A stretch of DNA of 64,000 nucleotides, taken from contig NC_135809.1 in NCBI RefSeq assembly GCF_964213995.1, positions 109,244,001 to 109,308,000 on the forward strand, given 5' to 3'. Origin of the DNA: Mustelus asterias. Taxonomy: Eukaryota. Under the pieces are notes generated by a model. The model had not been told where the DNA came from. It saw nothing but the letters and a program-made list of their open reading frames with translations, and ran no database searches. This document shows positions 58,200 through 64,000 of this stretch, piece after piece. A program made the translations under genes and the position numbers. How positions within the stretch are numbered: position 1 is the first letter of the stretch; the number at the start of each line of letters is the position of its first letter.

Positions 58200-58959
58200 C
58201 AAACTCCAGTACGATGATGGGAGGAACTAAAATGTAAGAAGGAGCTTGTTGCAATTGAATATAGACTGAAACCATTTTGGGGAAGAATCTGCTATTTAGA
58301 TAAACAAAAATTCAACAAATCTAAACCCAATAATTGAAGTTCCATCCTAGCACTCCAGAATGAGCTTACTGTCTCTCACATGGCCAAGCTTCTCTGAATC
58401 AGAGACCGTCATAACATTATAGGTAATGGGTGGTGTCCTGTACGCAGTCAAGATTCAAACTATTTTCTAAAAGAACATAGCATGACTTGGCTTTAACACC
58501 CTTGTTCTCTTAACAGGATGGGCAGGGCTTGGGTGCGGTGCTGTTTCGGAGAATCGGTGCTTACTCGTTGGGCCGAATGGCACAGTTGGGATTCTCTGGT
58601 TCCATGAGCCAAGTGGCTGGCCTCTTTCTGTGCTTTCTATGATTCTAGTGTTGCCTCTGCTGTCAGGTGTAACCATTGCACTGTCAGGAGTAAATCACCT
58701 TGTAAGGAGTATGATATGAGCGCAAGTACAGATGGTCTGAAACGATGCGGGACAAAATGAGCTTGAAGGACTTCTTTTAGGTTGGAGTTGTCATTTTGTT
58801 TTAGTGGGTTTAAATTAAGTTGTTTTACCCCGGGGGGAGTTTTAGACAACTGTACATTTCCTTATTGCAACAGTGTATCTGAATATGTTTGATGTGTTTT
58901 GGGGGGGATTGATGTGGAGGGATTCACATTGAACAAGTAGTCAGTCTCCAGGCTGCCGA

Positions 58960-59067
58960 CAGAGGGTGCGCTCAGCTTCAGGCGGCCGGCATCCGGCGAA
59001 AGTGAAACCCGGGCGGAGGAGAGACTTCCTGCTTCTGGGATCGAGAGAGAGAGACGGAGTCGGGGCT
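58960..59067 (+). promoter_or_regulatory. CpG-rich proximal promoter/5'UTR of gene B with ISRE (GAAAGTGAAAC 58998-59008), GC box (GGGCGG 59011-59016) and ETS core (ACTTCCTG 59024-59031)
   Basis: Motifs cluster within about 70 bp upstream of the ATG, in a CpG-rich patch outside any recognisable repeat. Confidence 0.7.
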
Positions 59068-59134
59068 ATGGGCCGGACAGGGAACCTGTGGCCACCCTTG
59101 GTGGCAGTGCTGGTGACTCTGGCACCGCTTTCAG
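59068..59134 (+). CDS. Gene B leader (signal peptide) exon MGRTGNLWPPLVAVLVTLAPLS
   Basis: Good Kozak context ggggctATGG, hydrophobic core, phase-1 donor TCA G|gtaaag that fits the V exon at 63280. Confidence 0.8.
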
Positions 59135-59858
59135 GTAAAGGACCAGACGGGCTCTCATTCCGCCGATTCCAAACTGGGGTTGTATTTTGACTGTGGATTT
59201 TCTGGGGGTTTGGAGTGACATTGGAACAGACTGTAACTGGTGTTGCCTTTTGGATTGTAAGTTAGCGCAATTTAAAAAAAACGTACATTAATTATTCCTG
59301 ACTTCCACTTTTATTTTGTTACTTGCGTTGAAATTGTATGGATTTTAACTATATTGTGTTACTGCGCCCAAATGTTGACTGCCTAGGGGTCAGTTTGGCA
59401 GTTGGGTAGTGTCTGAAAGTCCTATCTGGTCTCCCTGGGTGAGCAATGGGTGATGATGTGGTGTCCCAGTGGTTGGACCAGGTGGCATTGGCTAACTCAA
59501 CACAGCCTGTGTCAGGGCCACGGCCACAAAGATGGAAGGCAACCAAGTTAATGAATTGCTTTCTTTCCCTCCTTTTAATTTTCTCGTTAATTTTTTTCAC
59601 CAAACTATTTAGCCCGGCGAGGCTCAGCATTTGTACTGCTTGTGAAAGTCTCGAGTTTCACCAGGCAAAGCTGCACAGATACAGTTCCACTTCCAATCAA
59701 GTAAAACTTGCACCAGGCACGGGCCTGTTTTGCTGTTTACTTTTTGGAACATAGGAATGGAAATACACCATTCAGCCTTGATCCTATTTTGGGATTCAGT
59801 CAGCTCTTGGCTTATTTGGATTTTAACTCCATATTGCTGCCTTGGTTAACTCACAAAA

Positions 59859-60147
59859 GGCAGCACAATGGTTAGCATTGCTACCTCCCAACACCTGGGC
59901 CCCAGGTTCGATTCCCGACTTGGGTCACTGTCTGTGCAGAGTCTGCATGTCCTCCCCATGTCTGTGTGGGCTTCCTCTGGGTGCTCCGGTTTCCTCCCAC
60001 AGTCCGAAAGACGTGCTGGTTAGGTTCATTGGCCATACTAAATTCTCCCTCCGTGAACCCGAACAGGTGCCGGAGTGTGGCGATTACGGGATTTTCACAG
60101 TAACTTCATTGCCGTGTTAAGTCTACTTGTGACACTAATAAATAAAC
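59859..60147 (+). mobile_element. HE1-like SINE, alternative tail
   Basis: Head, core and ...GTGACACTAATAAATAAAC tail. Confidence 0.8.
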
Positions 60148-61757
60148 TTCAACTTTAAATCTTTTTTTTAAAAAAAGCTCTTATTCTGGGTTTGCCAACT
60201 AGAAAAGTAGAATTATCTACCCTAGTGAAACTGCCATTTTTAACACCTTTTTAATTTCAAGGGAGTACAAATCAGGTTAGTACAAACAATTCACTTTACT
60301 TAAACCTTTGTCTTTGTATCATTCTGATGATCTGATTGAACCCCTTACAAAGTCAATTTACTTTCCCTGAGATTCAGCACTCAAAACTGACCACAGTACT
60401 CCATATTGGTTTTGACCAAGGCTTTACAAATGAAGCATCATGCTAAAGTAATCAGAAAACTTTCCCTCAGTAACACATTGACAATCAAAATACTTTGTAG
60501 TTTGGCTGGTTTAATGCATGGTACTAGGGGTAATTGAGGAAGTAAAACTCTGCAGCTCTGCTCCTTAATCTAGAATTTAGGCCTTTAAAATTCCTTTACA
60601 CAATCTCAAACCTGTGGTCGGAGTGGCTTGTGTTTAGAGGCATGTCTGCTCGGTATCTAGCCATATGATGGCTTGGGACATGGATTTGGCGAAAGTATCC
60701 TATGATTTATAATTTATCTTTGCATGTACATTCAGTCCATTTTTGGAGGGATTGAAGCAAACAGTTGCTGAGATGAGGATTAGATGCAAATAATTAAGCT
60801 GTAAAATAAACACAGAACAGTTGTTTTCACTTGCCTTTGCGTAAAACAAAATAATAAATGCACTATTTTTCCTCACATCATTATATCATTTTACTTGGCT
60901 TAAGCAAAATCAAATACTTCACTACAAAGTAACATCCCGCATCCTTTGCTGGACGAGATGCATGATTTTTGTTTTGATTTTTGTCTCTCCATGAAGGGAA
61001 AGCCTGCCAGTTCCCTTGTCATGTGATCTGGACTTGACAATGCCAAGTGCAATTTTTGCCAGATGTTTATTGAATTCTGTTCATTTCTTATTGTCTACTG
61101 TCTGTTGGGAAAGCAACCACCTTTCGCATTTAAGCACCTCTTTATGTATTTTAGCAAATATCTGTCACCAAGAATTCGGCTCAAAATAGTCATTAAATAT
61201 ATTAAAACATGATATCTTGTGCACCATTACCTCTGGAGTTACTCCATCTATCCTGGGCACAATCTTTTCCTCATCTATATGTTGCCTAAGCAATGCCATT
61301 TAAGGACATGTTTTTGTCTACATGTACACCAATGACAACCAGCTGTACACCACCACCACTTCTCTGAACTCTTGCACTGTCGCTGTCAGCATGCTTGTCT
61401 CACATCTAGTCAGGGATAGGTTGCAGTTTGTTCAAATTGGACATCAGTAAAACCATGCGGAGGTACATTTATCTCAATTGAATCTTCTTTACACCTTCTG
61501 TTTTGGGTTGAATCAGACTGTTCATAATTGCAGTATCCTATTTTATTCTCAGCTGAACTTCGGACCCACATCTTTTCATTCCAAAGACTGCCTACTTCTA
61601 TACCTGTAATATTCCCCATCTCTAACTGAGTGTCATTTGTTATCAAAAGCCTCAACCATGCTTTTGTCAATTTCCATACTCAACTATTCTAAAAACACTC
61701 CTTATCTGCTCACAGCTCATTGAAAGCTCTGTTGCCCATAATCCAACTTTTAAAAAA

Positions 61758-62102
61758 ATTCATTCGTGGGACATGGGCATCGCTGGCTGGCCAGCATTTA
61801 TTGCCCATCCTTGGTTGCCCCTGGAGGGCAGTTGAGAGTTGAACCACACTGCTGTGGCTCTGGAGTCACATGTAGGCCAGACCAGGTGAGAATGGCAGAT
61901 TTCCTTCCCTAAAGGGCATTAGTGAACCAGATGGATTTTTCCGACAATCAACAATGGCTTCATGGTTATCAGTAGATTTTAATTCCAGATATTTTTTTAT
62001 TTGAATTCAAATTCCACCATCTGCCATGGTCCCAGGTCCTCAGAACATTAGTTGAGTTTCCTGATTAATATTTAGCAGTAATACCACTCGGCCATCGCGT
62101 CC
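61758..62102 (-). mobile_element. Second SINE-like family, copy 2
   Basis: Closely similar to 26435-26793. Confidence 0.65.
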
Positions 62103-62525
62103 TCTACCACCAAATCCAGATAACTAATTATCCTTATGCTCACTGACCTACTTTGGTCCTTGGCTCCCCAAAACCCTTAATTTGCAATTCCTGTTCATCA
62201 GATCCTTCATAGTGTCACCCCTCCTCAACTCTCTAACCTAAAACCTTTAGACAATTCTGTGTCCCTCCAATTTTGCCCTTGTGCACCCGCCACTCTTTTT
62301 GCCCTACTGTTGGCAACTGAATCTTCAGTTCTTTAAGCCCTTGCTTCTAGAATGTGCTTCCTGCGCCTGAACTCCTTGCGCTTTCTCGCCTTTTAAATAG
62401 CTTGTGAAAACCTACTGCTTTTGTTCACCCTATCAAATATCTCCTCTTTGTCTTGGATTAAATTTTGATATTGCTACTGTGAAGCACTTGGAATGCTGTA
62501 CTGCTTTGAAGGTGTTATATAATTT

Positions 62526-62832
62526 TGGTTAGCACTGTTGCCTCACAGCACTAGGGACCAGGTTCGATAACAGCCTTGGGTGACTGTCTGTGTGGAGTTT
62601 GCACATTCTCCCCTTGTCTGCATGGGTTTCCTTCAGGTGCTTCGATTTCCTGTGCAGGTTAGGTGGATTGGCTATGCTAAATTGGCCCTTACTGTCTAAA
62701 GATGGTAGGTTAGGTAGATTAGTGGGGTAAATGCATGGGATTACAGGGATAGGACTTGGGTACGGTATCCTGTCAGAGTGTCAGTGCAGACTCAATGGGC
62801 TGAATGGCCTCCTTCTGTACTGTAGGAATTAT
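62526..62832 (+). mobile_element. HE1-like SINE (diverged), CR1-type tail
   Basis: Similar to the other copies. Confidence 0.75.
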
Positions 62833-63279
62833 GGGATAAATGCTAGATGGTGTTAGGATGGCTGAAGTGACAGGAAGTGCTTTGCTCGTGAGTGTTATGT
62901 GCAAGACTAAATATTAAAGATCCATAGCATCTTTATCAAGATCTTCATTTAAAAAATGGGTTAAAGGGATGTGGGGAGGTGAATTTGAGACCAGGAAGAG
63001 ATCAGCCATGATCTGATTGAATGGTGGGACAGGTTCGAAGGGCTGAATTGCCTACTCCTACCCCTAATTCCTATGTTCTTAAGTAAATATTAGGAAATCT
63101 CCCAATGGAGTTGTTTAGTCAGTTAAGGATACACTTCTTTAGAATGATATGTGTGTTTATGAAAGGAATAACTTCAGCGTCACTGATTTACAACAACTGA
63201 ACAAGTGATCATTTTGATTTTGTTTTGCCCTACTGTTATGAATTTTATATATTGATAACTTTGGTCTTAATTATTGCAG

Positions 63280-63642
63280 AGCAAGGGGACTTGATTGTGT
63301 CAATGAATTCGAGAAGTGAGAAAGCTATCGTAAATAAAGATGTTCTTCTCGAATGCCGAGTGTCTGGTTACACGAGAGAAATTGACCTTAAAAATGTGGG
63401 AGTCCAGTGGTTCTACCAAAGATTAGGTGCTCCGGATATGCAAAAAAGAGAGGTATATCAATTCACCAGTGGAAAACATACGCCGTATAGAAAAGGAGCA
63501 ATAATATTTGATGATGAGCTGAAGAAGGGAATTGCTTCCCTTTTTCTTCCAAGCGTGCAGTTTGCTGAAGAAGGAGATTACACTTGTGTTGTTTTTATAA
63601 CCCCAGATACCGGAAGTGGAAAATCATCAATGACTGTTTCAG
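63280..63642 (+). CDS. NCR3LG1: Gene B exon: IgV domain of a second B7-H6/NCR3LG1-like paralog (continues beyond the window)
   Basis: ttgcag|AG CAA GGG...TCA G|gtagg; LECRVSGY...NVGVQW...GIASL...EEGDYTCVVFITP, clearly paralogous to D1 of gene A. Confidence 0.9.
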
Positions 63643-64000
63643 GTAGGAGTCACTAACAATGATTTCTTTCTTTGTTCGTGTAATCTGTTGAATTGCGACT
63701 GCATTAAAGTTAATACCGGTCAGCCAAGAATAGTCAATAACATTCCACACACACTGGTGTGATATCCAAAATCCAGCAGCTCTGGGATTGAGACTATGGG
63801 ATTTCAGGCTTTCCTGGACAAGTAGTCAAACTGTGCATGCTGGGGGTACCCACAAGCGGCTCGGCAAAGACTTTTAAATGCGAGCGACTGTGACTCTCAA
63901 GCAGGTGTTGGCAGACTAGGGGTAGCCTGGAAATGGGTATAGTAACCAAGAAGGTAGCGGTCAGAAATGGGGACAGCCAGTGGCCAACGGCAGCCTGTGT

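Overview
Vertebrate genomic DNA, very probably from a shark or other elasmobranch (HE1-like tRNA-derived SINEs, CR1/HER1-type LINEs, Penelope-like repeats). The main feature is a + strand B7-H6 (NCR3LG1)-like gene rebuilt by eye from 11 exons (5508-41130). All junctions are phase 1 and the 10 internal exons all have lengths divisible by 3. Domain order is IgV - IgC1 - transmembrane - six C1-like Ig domains - a 16-aa acidic Tyr linker - a seventh Ig domain ending in -SSL. About 820 aa of tandem Ig domains therefore lie after the TM and are predicted to be cytoplasmic, and 5 of these 7 have lost the canonical disulfide. A tandem paralog begins downstream (leader exon 59068-59134, V exon 63280-63642) behind a CpG-rich promoter with an ISRE. 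Between the two genes is a degraded full-structure endogenous retrovirus (44605-52765; snakehead-retrovirus/class III-like pol, gamma-type env, tRNA-Ser PBS) nested in a Ty1/copia remnant. The introns hold two young near-identical CR1 LINEs flanking one Ig exon, many SINEs, and a recently active Penelope-like family carrying minimal hammerhead ribozyme motifs, including a perfect palindrome with 327-bp arms. All calls are by eye; no database searches were run.
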